Origin: Takakia lepidozioides
Taxonomy: Eukaryota; Plantae; Bryophyta
Direction: 5' to 3'
Length of the DNA stretch: 64,000 bases
NCBI GenBank assembly: GCA_030704615.1
Contig: CM060733.1
Coordinates: 63,302,001 to 63,366,000 of the forward strand
Part shown: one piece after another, positions 38,101 through 50,710 of the stretch
How positions within the stretch are numbered: position 1 is the stretch's first letter
Layout of the letters: each line of letters starts with the position of its first letter
The notes under the pieces: model-generated
Told to the model about the DNA's origin: nothing
What the model saw: the letters and a program-made list of their open reading frames with translations, nothing else
The model's database searches: none
Position numbers and translations under genes: made by a program

Positions 38101-40335
38101 CGTGTCTGCCATTTCCGATCCAATGTCAGGAGCAGGAAGAAGAGTGGCTATTGCTAGGAAGGAACTTCAGTGCATTGAAACCTCACCTTTTCTTTCGCCT
38201 CAACACATGCCGTTGAGAGGTGATGCAGTTTCTCCAACTGCATGGTCGGCTGCATGGCCCGAGAATAGTGTTTTGCAATCTCGGGGATGAAGTCATTTCC
38301 AAGTGCCAGATCTGCAATTGCCACCAGCTTCACAAGCTTTGACTTGTATTTCGTTCTCGACTTGACCCCGGCTTCCTTCAAGTACTCAGTCAATGACTGC
38401 AACGTTTTGACCTGCCCCTCACTTTCTATGAAGAAGCGTTTGGCATGGGCCAAATCCAGCTTGATGTTTGATTGCCAACAAAAACATGCAGAAGCGTTAC
38501 ATTCGATTCATGTGGAAAGATTACTGAAAATGGGAAGGATGAGCAGAGGGAAATGGGAGGACGACTTACTTTGTATATCACCTCCATCATTCCATCCATA
38601 GTGAGACGATACCATGTCCGGTCAGTTTTTGCCACGGCTTTCTGAATGAGCTCGGGCTCCAGCATTTCCGCAAACATGTGCGGATCAGTGAGACCAGTTT
38701 TCCTCACCCTGTACAGCATATGTGCCATGTGGGTATGCACGTACGCATTTTTAGTGACCCTGCAAGGCACACTCTCCAGTTTAGTCCACGGAAGCACGGA
38801 AACAAAACAGATTGGAAACCGAAATGCGGCACCGCATTTCGAACGTGCTTGGGAGGGTATGAGTATCTTACGAGTTGAGGTCCGCCATGGCATTCTTGAG
38901 TATGGAGGAGTCTGCCGCCTTCACCTTGAGGATGACACACTCCACCATGTAATGCCAGCCAATGTGCTTGGCATGGTTCTGCTTGATGTACTCCCACCAG
39001 GCAAGAAGTCGATGATTCCCGTCCCACACAAAGAACATTTTACCCGACATATGGCCGAAGTCTGGATCACCCTTCAGCGTTGCCTCGAATTTGTCGTTGC
39101 GAGTGTGCCAGTGGGTATCCCATGTTAACAATTCATCTGCAGTGGGTCCACGAGTTTTGCCGTCCTCATTCTCAATGGAAACGTAGAAGGCTGGCGAACC
39201 TAGACGGTACCCTTCTTGAAATGCAAACTTGAGCTTATCCACATCTCCGGGAAGTGCCTGCCTGACGATGGGAAGGGAGACCATGCGACAGAGTGGGATT
39301 CGAAGAGTCCGCTAGAATACCCTGTTGCCTAGAACTCTGCCAATGCTACTGTGTGTCTCCTCCAACATTGTATCCCCTGCACTTTGGAATTCCTCTGGAG
39401 ACATTTCTGTAGGTGGCGGTAGGGGCTGAGCAGCTGGAGCATCCCCCACTGGAGCTGCACTCTGGGGAATCTTTGCGGGCAATTCTGCCATTGCAGAGGC
39501 CTCCTCCGGGCCTGCAGTATTATGAAGATCTTCCTCAACGGTGGTCACGTCTTGTTGCGAACGTTGAGCGTTAGCACCCTCCTCCGGTAACAGATCGACA
39601 AAATCGGTCGATCCCATTGCCTTCGCTGCAGCAGAGACGACCCCAACATCACCAGGCTGGAAATCAAGCAGGAACTAGGCTTCAGCTCGTGGAATCGGTT
39701 TTGCGGGAGACTGCTCCGCCCTCCCCCTGATTGCCTTGTGTTTCCTCATTCTTGCAGGTGAAGGTGTCTACTGCAATTGAATGTGCCATGTACCCTTCTG
39801 CTTCATTCGCGTGGGTGGGGGGGAAACGGCCTGGTCCGGTTCAGAAACCAGTTGAAGGACGGGCTGCTTCTTCTTCGTCTTTGATGGAGAAGGGCCCGAC
39901 CCCTGCTGGCGATTCTCCATGACCTTCGAATGCAAGTCGCTCTCTGGGGCTTTGAACGGCAAAGACTTGCCCTTTGAAGCCGCGTCCTTGAAACGCACAG
40001 GGCTAGGCCCGGCAGGAAGACCCGTGCTCGTGGATTGGCTGGGTGTGCGTGCTGCAGCTAGCTCCACGGACTCTTCCTACGGCTCTTTGGATTCCTGCGA
40101 TCCCTCCAGCACGTCCACCTTTCCGGTTAGGCATGCAAACATCTTCTGTATTCCAGTCTCCTAGCATACAGTCTAAGAATTGCAGAAGAAAAATGAGGGG
40201 GGTTTCGGTGCTCGATCAGCTGCGCGCATCCCGATAGCACGGAGCTCTCACTGGTGGCTGGGTTGCCTGCGTGGCCTGTTGCTGCGAGATGGCAATCTCC
40301 TCCTGTAGACGCATCTGCTTCCTCCCCTTCGGCAT
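35186..40335 (-). pseudogene. Multi-exon cargo gene of element 2: ParB/Srx-like + beta-class N4C/N6A DNA-methyltransferase-like + acidic tail
   Basis: VWDGNHRLLAW (39009-39023). Motif IV-like CDMIILDIPNG (36663-36677). Motif X/I-like RSPAFIQTIMETCTDVEGTVLDLICGT|GASMWAGRFSNRHLFAYEED joined by a GT-AG intron (~35958-36058). Further introns at 36324-36419, 37539-37643 and 38760-38871. Confidence 0.82.
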
Positions 40336-40771
40336 TGGCCTACGTCCCCGAAGTACAATTTTTGGAGCTTGCGACGATGTCTCTTCTCTGGTGCACGAAC
40401 TCCCTCCCTCTTGGGTTCGAGCATAAGAAGAACAGAGACAGGGAAAAGAGGCGAAGAGTGCAGATGGAAAGGGCGCGAGAGGGGTGACTGAGTAGACACG
40501 ACAAAAGAAGATGAAACAGCGGTGATGCACCACTTGGGTTCGAAAGGCTTGGACGAAAGTGTCTCCTCGTGGACTATGCGTCATTACGAAATTCGAGTCG
40601 TCAAAGGTACGCCTGCCGTCCAAAAAACAAACAACATTAACCAACGGTCAGGCCGCGCCGCCTCCTGCCACTTCAGTCAGATAGAGTGCAGACATGCCGC
40701 AATTCCGTTAGTCCACGTGTTCACATATCATGGCATTTCCGTCCCAGCGTCTGATGAGTTAGAGTGAAAAT

Positions 40772-42279
40772 GCAAATGCGGCGCCGCATTTCTGTTCTGG
40801 AATGTCGGAAGGTGCGACTCGGACGGAAATGCGGTGCCGCATTTCAGTTCCGTTGTCTCACAATTTTCAGTCAGAACGGAAATGCGGTACCGCATTTCCG
40901 TTCTGGAGAGTATGAAGGTCTCCCCCGGACGGAAATGCGGTGCCGCATTTCCATCCCACAGCTCCATGCCACAGATACAAAACGGAAATGCGGCGGGCAT
41001 TTTTGTTCTGGAATGTCGGAAGGTGCGACTCGGACGGAAATGCGGCGCCGCATTTTCGTTCAGGAATGTCGGAAGATGCGACTCGGACGGAAATGCGGTG
41101 CCGCATTTCAGTTCCGGTGGTTCACGATTTTCAGTCAGAACGGAAATGCGGTATCGCATTTCCGTTCTGGAGAGTATGAAGGTCTCCCCCAGTCGGAAAT
41201 GTGGTGCCGCATTTCCGTCCCACAGTTCCATGCCACAGATACAAAACGGAAATGCGGCGCCGCATTTCCGTTCTGGAATGTCGGAAGGTGTGACTCGGAC
41301 GGAAATGCGGTGCCGCATTTCAATTCCGGTGGTTCACGATTTTCAGTCAGAACGGAAATGCGGTACCGCACTTCCGTTCTAGAGAGTATGAAGGTCTCCC
41401 CCGGACGGAAATGCGGTGCCGCATTTCCGTCCCACAGCTCCATGCCACAGATACAAAACGGAAATGCGGCGCCGCATTTTCGTTTTGAAATGTCGGAAGG
41501 TGCGACTCGGACGGAAATGCGGTGCCGCATTTCCGTCCCACAGCTCCATGCCACAGATACAAAACGGAAATGCGGCGCCGCATTTCCGTTCTGGAATGTC
41601 GGAAGGTTTGACTCGGACGAAAATGCGGTGCCGCATTTCCGTCCCACAGCTCCATGCCACAGATACAAAACGGAAATGTGGCGCAGCATTTCCGTTCTGG
41701 AATGTCGGAAGGTGTGACTCGGACGGAAATGCGGTGCCGCATTTCAGTTCCGGTGGTTCACGATTTTCAGTCAGAACGGAAATGCGGTACCGCATTTCCG
41801 TTCTGGAGAGTATGAAGGTCTCCCCCGGACGGAAATGCGGTGCCACATTTCCGTCGCACTGGTGCATGACTAAGATGCAAAACGGAAATGCGGCGCCGTA
41901 TTTCCGTCCAACAACAATCGAAAGTAGCACACCGGACGGAAATGCGGAACCTCATTTCCGTCCACTGGATTCCATTGAAAGAGACTGGACGGAAGTTCGG
42001 CACCGCAGTTCCGTTCCTGCCTATCCAAAGTGTCCTAGTCGATGAAAATGCGTTGTCGTTATTATTTTCTACCGTGTGTTCCTAGTCCCGTTGGACCTAA
42101 ATGCGATACCGCATTTTCGTTCTACCATGGGCCTGCTTTTACAATGGACTGAAATGTGGTACCGCATTTCCGTTGCACCAGTATTTTGGTTTCCCTGTTG
42201 ACGGAATTGCGGTGCCGCATTTCCGATAACAATCAACGAGAGGATGATGTCGAACTGAGATGCGGGACCGCATTCCCAT
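40772..42279. repeat. 53-bp-period array of 29 element-2 palindromes in the divergent promoter region
   Basis: AAATGCGG-equivalent starts at 40774, 40827, 40880 ... 42205 and 42258 (steps of 53; one 52, one 54). Confidence 0.95.
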
Positions 42280-42671
42280 TCAGCCATGTGCAATGGGTTG
42301 CATTGTTCCGAAAGAACACAATTGTGGCCTGTCTTAATGAGCACAACTTGGTTGTCTAACCGTTTTAACTAACAGTCCTGGCACTTGTCAGTGCGAACGT
42401 TCATGTTTGCACCGCGAATACTGGTTGATCCACCCTCAGGAGAAACTGTCAGGAGATGTTATTCCGTCGCCGAATCGGCCATCATTGTCATACTTACTGG
42501 ATATGGAATCACACCTCCCACCTTCATGCATGTAGCTTGAAACAATACTTTCCACTTCAATGTGCGACTTCCAATCGTCGATGGACTCCGCAGATCCACT
42601 TACGTGGTGCCTGTGACCCTTGGTTTGTCGCTATACTGAACCTCGCACTTGCTTACTTCGTGCGGTCTTCG

Positions 42672-45600
42672 ATGGCTCCGAATTCCTACGCTATAGTTTG
42701 CTGTCCTCGGCAACTTGGGAGAGTCTGGATCGCAAACAAGGGAGGACTTTGCAGAGTGATTGAAACTTACCTTTGTTCCAAATTCAAGCTCAAACCGGGC
42801 ACAGTTTATTTGGAAGAAGAAAGGAAGGATTTTCTTGGACAGGTTGACGAGACCATTGTCGTGCTAGGTAACGACGGAGGTTGCAGAATCGAATGGCACG
42901 TACCCCCATCAGACACCATCTTGTACCGAGCTGTGGGAATGCCCATTCCCTTTCCAAATCAGTCGCTACCCACACCATCCACAAAGGAGTCGGGAAACTG
43001 ACAGGCTGCCACTGCCAATAGAGAGGTATGCAACGATAATCATTCCCGACCTGGACCATCAAGACCCTCCATAGCTTCTCGTGTGGACGTATTCGACATT
43101 TCCGACGAGGAAGATGAGTGCATTGAGGTCCCCATGTCCTCCACACGGTCGTTCAAATCCGACATGGACGTCTCTGCAGGTGCTACGCATGTACCCTCGA
43201 GCATAACTCCAACCCGGTCCATTGTGCAGCTCCTACGGCAACATCACCTCGATGGTTCTCGCTCCGAGCTGGCTGCTCTCGACTATGCCAAATTTCCAGT
43301 CAGGAAGGTAACGTATCTGCCTCCCGAAGTTGATGGCAATGTCATCTTCAAGTTTCAACCTGTTACTTTGTCAAACAAAGCCTCAGGGATGTTAACAGAC
43401 ATGGATCGAAAGCATGACGGACACCCCTGGTGTGTGACGAAGACCAGTAGCATGAAAATTGCTGATGGTGTTCATGTATGATACGTCCTCTGTGCGGGGA
43501 AGCTGAGGTGCCTCAATCCCGCCTGCTTCCACTTTCTCTCCAAAGGAGGGCGGAGAAACGAGATGGATTGGACTGGCACAACGCATCATCCATTCATTGT
43601 CTCCAGCAAAGCTCCTGCGGGTACTTTCAAGTGTGCACATTGCAAAGAACCACCGACGTGCATGTCCATGTGCAGAGCTAAGCAATATTACGTAATCCAT
43701 TTGCTACCGGACTTGACTAGAGCTTGCATACACGTTGGGGTCCACTGCCACCCCTTGGCGAGAGGCAACATGCGTGAGACTGTGCAGGAAGCACACGACA
43801 TCATAAAAGCGGAGGTGAAATTGAGCCCCGGAGCCAGACCAAAGCAGATTCAGCTGAAGGCAGCCCACAAGATTGCTCTTGGCAAAATCATGTCTGAAGA
43901 TGGTTCAGACCGAGTGCCCTTGAACGAAGAGGAGATGCTTGACCTGTTGGAGTCCGTCTCGCACGTTTGTAGTCCAAATGTGCGGAATCACATCGTATCT
44001 TGCAAGCAGGAGTTCGACCGGGGGTCGGACATGCACTCAATCCTGGAGGTGAAACAAATGACTGGATATGACTACATCCAAGGTAGCAGGTTTCTAGGGC
44101 AAGGCAACGAATCCGATCGTTGTTACATTTTTTAAATGTCGACGTGTGGGCCTGGGAGTGGAGTCGACTTGGTCACTCGCATGACAACTGGAAACTTGTC
44201 GAATGCTTGGGTGATGTTTGATCACATCAAGCGAATTACAAACCATCAGTGGGTGACTATGGGTGCGCATGTTTATGACTATCACTCCAAGAGGCTCATG
44301 ACGATTGCAATCTGCGAGATGAAAGGGGAGGACACACAGTCGGAGATGCATCTGTGGGAGGGCATAAACGAGCAGATGGCAAGGGCGGGATTGGCAGAGC
44401 CCAATTTCAGGGGATTCATGGCAGACAACGCTCAGGCCAACTGGGCAGCGGTGCGGCGTGTGTACGGTGAGGACCCCAATGTTCCAATGGAGGGGAAAGA
44501 GAGATCCTGTGGATTCCATTGGATGCAGAGTCTATCTCACTACACTACCAAATTTGTTGCTAACTCATTCCAGGCTGAACACCGTGTCATTTGTACGGCG
44601 TGGAAGGATGCACCCACATTTGATGACGCGGAGGTTAAGTTTGCTATCATCGAGGCTTGGTGGAACACGTAAGGTGCAGTGGAGACAACCAATCTGGGAG
44701 CCTTACACAGCTGGTTGGGGTGGTGGCATTTCCGATATCGACAGTTTGGACAGTACATGCGAGAGGTATGTTGCTGTCATTTTCGTGCAATTGTCTTTCT
44801 ATTACGGACCTTTCCATTGGTCCCTCACCATTGTTTGTGTCCTTGTAGGAGCGGTGCTTGGATTCCGACACGGACATGCCGAACTCGAATATGGCAGAAT
44901 CAGTGCACTCCTCCTAGCGAGCGTCTTCTGCCGCACATCTGGTGGACGTAGTGACGGCCACAACGGAGGACATCGTCAGCAGCAAGCCACGTACTACAAG
45001 TTCCTGAGCGGGAAACAATGGGGCTTTGGGCCGGACAGGGAGGAATTGTTGGTACAAACAGCTTCGAGGTCCAAGAATCCACTGAAATGGGCGAGAACAT
45101 TGCGAGAGAAGATCAAAGGGACGCCTCTGCATCGCAGAGGTGAACACCTAGAGGGGGACGTCCGTACTCGCCCTTTGAGGCGGAGGATTGAAGAGGAACC
45201 CAGGTGCGAAGAGGATTCCTGGAGATCCGACAGGAATATTCGGACAGCACCTCGAGGTCCCGTCATGTTGCCGCACAATGTGTCTTCCAGCAGTGGAAGC
45301 CCAAGAAATTCCAGATCGCCATTGCTTTCAAACGGGTATTCCGTGCGAGAAATTCCCACCGCTCGCTTGCCCCAGATTCCGCCCGCTGTTATGCAGTATG
45401 GCCAAGCCATTGTGGAGACGACTGTGTCTGCGTCACAGTGGATAATTGCTCGCACAAAGCCGTCGTTTCGAGGCAGGTGTTCCGCAATTCAAGTGGATAC
45501 ATGGCAACATTGTTTAGAGATGATAAGGAGGAATCCAGATTGGGCTGTCCCTGCTCCTACTTTTATAGGAAGATTTGTCCATGCAAAGTTTGCGGAGGCG

Positions 45601-46269
45601 ACAACCACCCAGTTTTGGTTCTGCAGGCACGACATTATGACTTGCGTGTATGGAAAGCCCAAGTACGACATACAAACAATGCCAGAGGCTCCCCCGGTGT
45701 GGCTGGTGGAACCAGGCTGCGATCTGAGTCAGGTTGAGGCCGACGCCCTTACCGCCGCAGGATTTCGGATGGTGCAGCGCACTGACGTCCCCAGACAACC
45801 ATTTCTGCTTCCACAGCCTCCACCACCAACCCCTGTGAGAGCAAGAACAATGGGACACGACAGCTCTAAGCATCCTACACACCGTTGGGGGAAACCGAAG
45901 AGGTGGCGACCTCCCTCAAAAGTGAATGAGACAAGGATGGGGAATGCACTTCGGATGAACTGTACAATCCAGAACTCGACAGAAGTGCCCCCACCAGGCT
46001 TCGGGCGTGTGTATCAGATGACCACGCCAGGCTCAGCTGTTCGCAATGAGGTGTACACCATCACCATTTCAGAATTACCCACCTGCAATTGCACCGACTT
46101 CCAGATCATGGCGAACAAGGGGGCATCATACTGCCCTTGCAAGCATCTGTACTACGTGTACCTAAAGAGACTCCGGTGTAATTCCACAACTCATAACTTC
46201 ATACATGCACCAGGGTTGAGCCCCCAAGAGGTGCACACTCTTCTGAATATGGATCCAGGGGACCATTGA
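42672..46269 (+). pseudogene. MULE-type DDE transposase of element 2 with SWIM finger; intron 44766-44848
   Basis: WVMFDH, FMADNAQAN, CGFHW, NMAESVHSS and CNCTDF...CPCKHLYY. Premature stops at ~42999, 43479, 44133 and 44670. Start inferred. Confidence 0.88.
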
Positions 46270-47132
46270 GCTTGGCTTGCGATCCCAACACAATGGTACG
46301 CCCATCCTTTTTGGATAGTAGAACTGTACTGCTGCAAGTAGCTCTGACTCTGGCCACAGAAAGGTCCGACTTATGTCTTGCCTACCAGTAACCTGTTTTG
46401 CTCCAACTAAGATAATACTATGTCATTCACTTGTGTTTCCACGTGCATGTATTTTGTGTGTTGGAGGGTTCCTGTTTTTCTGCTCTCCCAAACTTTGCTT
46501 TCCTCATTCGACCCCCGGCAAGGAAATACGGCGCCGCATTTCCAAGTAACGTCGTAGGTACTGGTAGATGTGGCCTTCGCCAACACCAAACCGCCCAGAA
46601 ATTTCGCACGTGCGAACCCTACTGCGGCACCGCATTTCCCAGTTGAGTCGCAAACCTTTCCCGCCGAATACCCGAAGATGACAGAATTGTGAAGTACTGC
46701 AGACTCTATTGGTGCAGACTCTGTTGGTTCAATCGCGGCAAAAAGGTCAGCTTCATTCCAATGTTAAGGCATGTAAAACCGCGGAATACTCTATACAGGC
46801 CAGTATGCGACGTCCTTTTGCCGTGGTATATTGGATTTCTCGTTGCACGGTCCCTCATTTCCATGAGCGGATCTAAAAAACCATGAGCGGACTTGTTACT
46901 AACGACATATCTTTGCCGCATTACAGGATCTGGAACTTCCAAAAACGGCAAGGTAAAAAAAAGAAAACTATTATTTTAATACTTGTTTAATCTGCCGCAT
47001 TTCCAAATTTGGAGGAATCCGCTCATGAAATCCGCGTGTCTTAGACTTCAGCTCACCGCTCATGCGGCTCATGCGGCTCATGGCTCATGGCTCATGGTTT
47101 TTGCTCATGAAATAGTAAACCTCCCCTCCTAC

Positions 47133-48740
47133 GCCTCCCCACTGGAGCTCGTTTACTAGCCACTGTTGAACCAAACCAACTTAAATACACACACACCCCC
47201 CCCCCTCTCCCCAAATACCTCGAACAAAAGGAACCTTCCCTAACCCTTATTTTACTCGTACAACGCACACCCCCGACAAGCATCCCCCCCCCCCTTCAGT
47301 GCCTCCATAAACTACTCACAAAAACTCACAAAATGAAAGCTTGCATCGCCTTCCCTTGCACGACTAACCACCCCACTTCTGAATGCGAGCATACTCACCG
47401 CCCTCTCCTCAATATCAAAACTAACAAAGCATGGCTAAAGGCACTACCACGCCCGCCACATACTGCCCCTACCGAGGCCCCACCCATCATCCCCCAGCTA
47501 TACCAACAAACCATACCTCTCAGATTTCCCCTCACCCACTCTCACTACACGGGATGGATCCCTCGTAAACTCCAACGCCGGATATGGCATATACCATGCG
47601 GCCACCTAGCAAGGGGTCGCCCTCCGCCCACCTGGTCCTGCCACAATCCTACGCGCTAAACTTATGGCAATATATGATGCCCTATCCAGGCTAGACACCC
47701 CCCCCCCCTATTACATCTTTACTGACAGCCTTACCTCACTCTTCCTTATCAGGAATCACATAGCCCGCCCCTCATCCCACCATCACCACCCAGACCGTAA
47801 TCTCATCACTGCCATTGTCCAACTAGCTCTCTCCAGCTCCCACCCCATTCATCTCCGCAAAGTCCGCTCGCACACCGGGATAGAGGGAAATGAAGCTGCT
47901 GACGTGTTTGCTCAAGCCGGCGCTGCCCAACCCCCTGTGATCCCATCGGATGATCCTATTCATATCGCCCACACTCACCCATTTTGGTTCATACATCCTG
48001 TCCCAGACCCACCTACACCTAGATCTGTTCGCAATCTCCTAGTCACTCTCACCCGGGAAGCTAACAAACAGGCCGCTGCATCAATCAGTCATACTAAAGT
48101 CCATATTCAAAAGTGGACACAATCCAATGTACTCCACCATAAATTATCAAACCACTTCTGGAAAACCAAAATCAATACAGATGCACAAATCCAACAAATC
48201 CTTAAATTCAGATACGCTCAGTACATGGGACATCAACGCAAGCACATTTTCTGGCCACGTCTCTTCCCATCTCCGTACTGCCCACTCTGCTCAAACACCC
48301 ACCAAGAACGTGACACCTGGCCACACTTACTTAGCCAATGTACGCACCCCGTCATACACGACCTACATATTACTCGTCATAACCAAGCAGTCTGGCATAT
48401 CCACAAATTACTTCTCAGCCATGCCGAAACCAGATGGTATACATTTATGAACGCATGCACATACCAAGGCCACCCACCAGACCACAATGTCCCAGCATGG
48501 CTGCTCCCATGCACGTACCCCTCTCGAACATGCACCTATCCAGCTAGACTTTGCGTAGATATTCTACTGGTGCAGGGTTTACCCATGGCAACCTACCTCC
48601 TCCCATACCATCCCCATCACTCACCATCCACTTTATTGAATTCACATACTATCATGACCGATACCCACAAGACTCTATCCTGGAAAAATGGCAAAGATAC
48701 GCCCCACTCATCCTTGCCATCCGCCGTAGAGGATAGGAGG
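47133..48740 (+). mobile_element. Dualen/RandI-like non-LTR retrotransposon C-terminal part: RNase H + CCHC finger + restriction-like endonuclease
   Basis: YT(fs)DGS, IFTDSLTSL, KVRSHTGIEGNEAAD (RNase H); CPLC...H....C; RHNQAV ... DILL ... IEFTY..D....EK.QRY..L (RLE); frameshifts. Confidence 0.7.
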
Positions 48741-48765
48741 CAATAAACGAAAGGTGAAGTGGCTC

Positions 48766-50011
48766 TTAGTTACACCGGCTTCGGCCAGAGTCTTCTCTCT
48801 CTCGCTCTCTCTCTGTTATGTTGTCCCCCTTGTCACAGAGTTTGTAGTAAAAAGTCTTAAGGGGCCATGCCACAACAATGGCTTCCTTTTTTACCCTTTG
48901 TATGCCATCCAATGCGTCTTGCTCACATCTGGCCAGCTCCGACGGTGTGATATTCCCCCATTTGGCCCACATTTCAATAGAGACTGGAGCCAGTAGGTTG
49001 ATATTTGACAAGGGATGCCACATCTGGTGCTCATTAGCTGCCATGTCTAGCTCCATAGCCCTAGGATTAACCATGGGACGAACGACAAATTACCAGCTGT
49101 GGCACCTATCGTGCGATCCTGTTCCACCTGTGACAATTCCACATGTTCACAAAATTCCTGCATTGCCTCCTTCTCATCATCTGGAAGGATCATGTGTTCC
49201 AGGAAAGGATGATTGCTAACTGAGGGAATAAAATCAGTTTGAGTCCTATTAGGGGTGATGGCAGCCGCACGTCCTAGAGTCTCTTCTTCCGGGTTAATCA
49301 GCCTTAGTGCGGCTTCAATCTCAGATCCTTTCTGCTCCCAATCTGCCATGTCTTTGGCATCTTGTTCGAGCATGTTCAGCAGGTTCGCACGATACTCCAG
49401 CAACTTGTGGATATATTTTCCATTCTTGTTTGCAATGAGAGCGATTTTCATCCAGTCTAGTAGTGCCAGAGTGTCCAAAAGCAATACAGGATTCTCACCG
49501 CTATCATTTGAATCCAGAGCTTCATTGTCAAGAGACTGTATCATCGTGTGCAGATCTTGGCGTGTAATCTGTGCCAAAGTGGTCTGCACAACAGGAATTG
49601 GTGGAGGAAGCGGTAACTTGTACCCTAAGCTTTTTAGCTCGCTGCTCCATTCCACGATTTTTTTGGCTCCATTCTGCACCCATCCCGAAGTTTCAAGATA
49701 TAAAATGAGAGACAGAAATTAAACATAGTACTGGTCATGAGATGATAGTGTATACGGGCACCACACCGTATATTGGGCAAGGAAGAGAGGGTAATTGGAC
49801 TTGTCTTATGAGGACAAGAAACCGGAAAATACCAGTCAGTAATAGCTGGATTTTTCTGAAAATAAAATGACAAATCAACCTCCTGAAGAGGCACCATCAT
49901 CACCTCACCAGATCTGCAAGAAACATTATAGGGTGGGAGGGTGGGGTATTTTTTAGGATACCCCCTTTCGTAATATAAAGATATTCCCCTAAAAGTTGAA
50001 TACCAAAGCAA
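48766..50011 (-). other. Degenerate unknown coding-like sequence (three abutting ORFs)
   Basis: ORFs 49634-50011, 49047-49679 and 48766-49074 overlap in series, like a frameshifted gene; no motif recognised. Confidence 0.35.
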
Positions 50012-50710
50012 TCATCTAATTGAAAAGGGCAATGTTTTGAGTAAACCAGTTCACAACTGGTTTTCATGCCCATTTAAAAAAACAAAAAAAACTAAGAAGT
50101 AGCTGTAACATCATTGTTATCTGATGTTAGTTACGATTCAACTGCAGTTTAATCCAAACCAACTGGGTGTAAATGTGTAATACTGTAACTTTTTGTTTCA
50201 TTATATGGCTCTGTTTACATACCAGAAATCTTTGGTATAGCACTCTTAAGCCTTTGAAACATCATTCAGTATTGGTTCCCTCATCATTAAAGTTATGACT
50301 GGGGCTGCATTTACAAAGGAAAAATTCCATAGTAATCCCATTGCTATAAAGCCTATGGTTTGATTATATCATTCATCATCACACTGATTCCCAAGTTAAA
50401 CTGCAACCAGAAGCCTTATGTGGAGCTTACCCTGGTTTGCAAGCAAGATTCCATGGAGTGTTTAATTTATATGCTATGAAGAAACAAATTTACCATATAT
50501 CAGCCTTATACCAAGTTATAAAAACCAGGCTATAAGGTATTGCTTCAAAGCCTTATCAGACTTCAATCATATTGGTAAACACACTCAACAAGCATAAAAC
50601 TCTAAAGTCAACATCTCAAGCACCTGAATCATTTACCTTTTCTTGTACTCTAACCGTATAGGAGGTTAGCTATTTCATGAGCATGAGTGATGAGCGGCAT
50701 GAACGGTGGT

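Larger units (their letters stand above)
31269..47123 (+). mobile_element. Giant Mutator-like DNA transposon, element 2 (15,855 bp)
   Basis: 9-bp TSD CCCTCCTAC at 31260-31268 and 47124-47132. TIRs GGGGGCTGCTATTTCATGAGC / GCTCATGAAATAGTAAACCTC. Contains transposase and cargo genes. Confidence 0.95.

Noticed and set aside
35757-39300. Bacterial or phage contamination explaining the ParB-MTase
   Set aside because: The gene has spliceosomal GT-AG introns and sits within TSD-flanked MULEs nested in plant retroelements.
40772-42279. Bona fide CRISPR array
   Set aside because: Spacers recur and are mutually related (A/C, D/E), no cas genes are present, the context is eukaryotic, and the same palindrome is dispersed singly through the element.
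3175-47123. Near-equal lengths of elements 1 and 2 (15,799 vs 15,855 bp) as a size or packaging constraint
   Set aside because: Only two examples, their contents differ (satellite, deletion, different accessory ORFs), and no capsid or packaging gene is seen.
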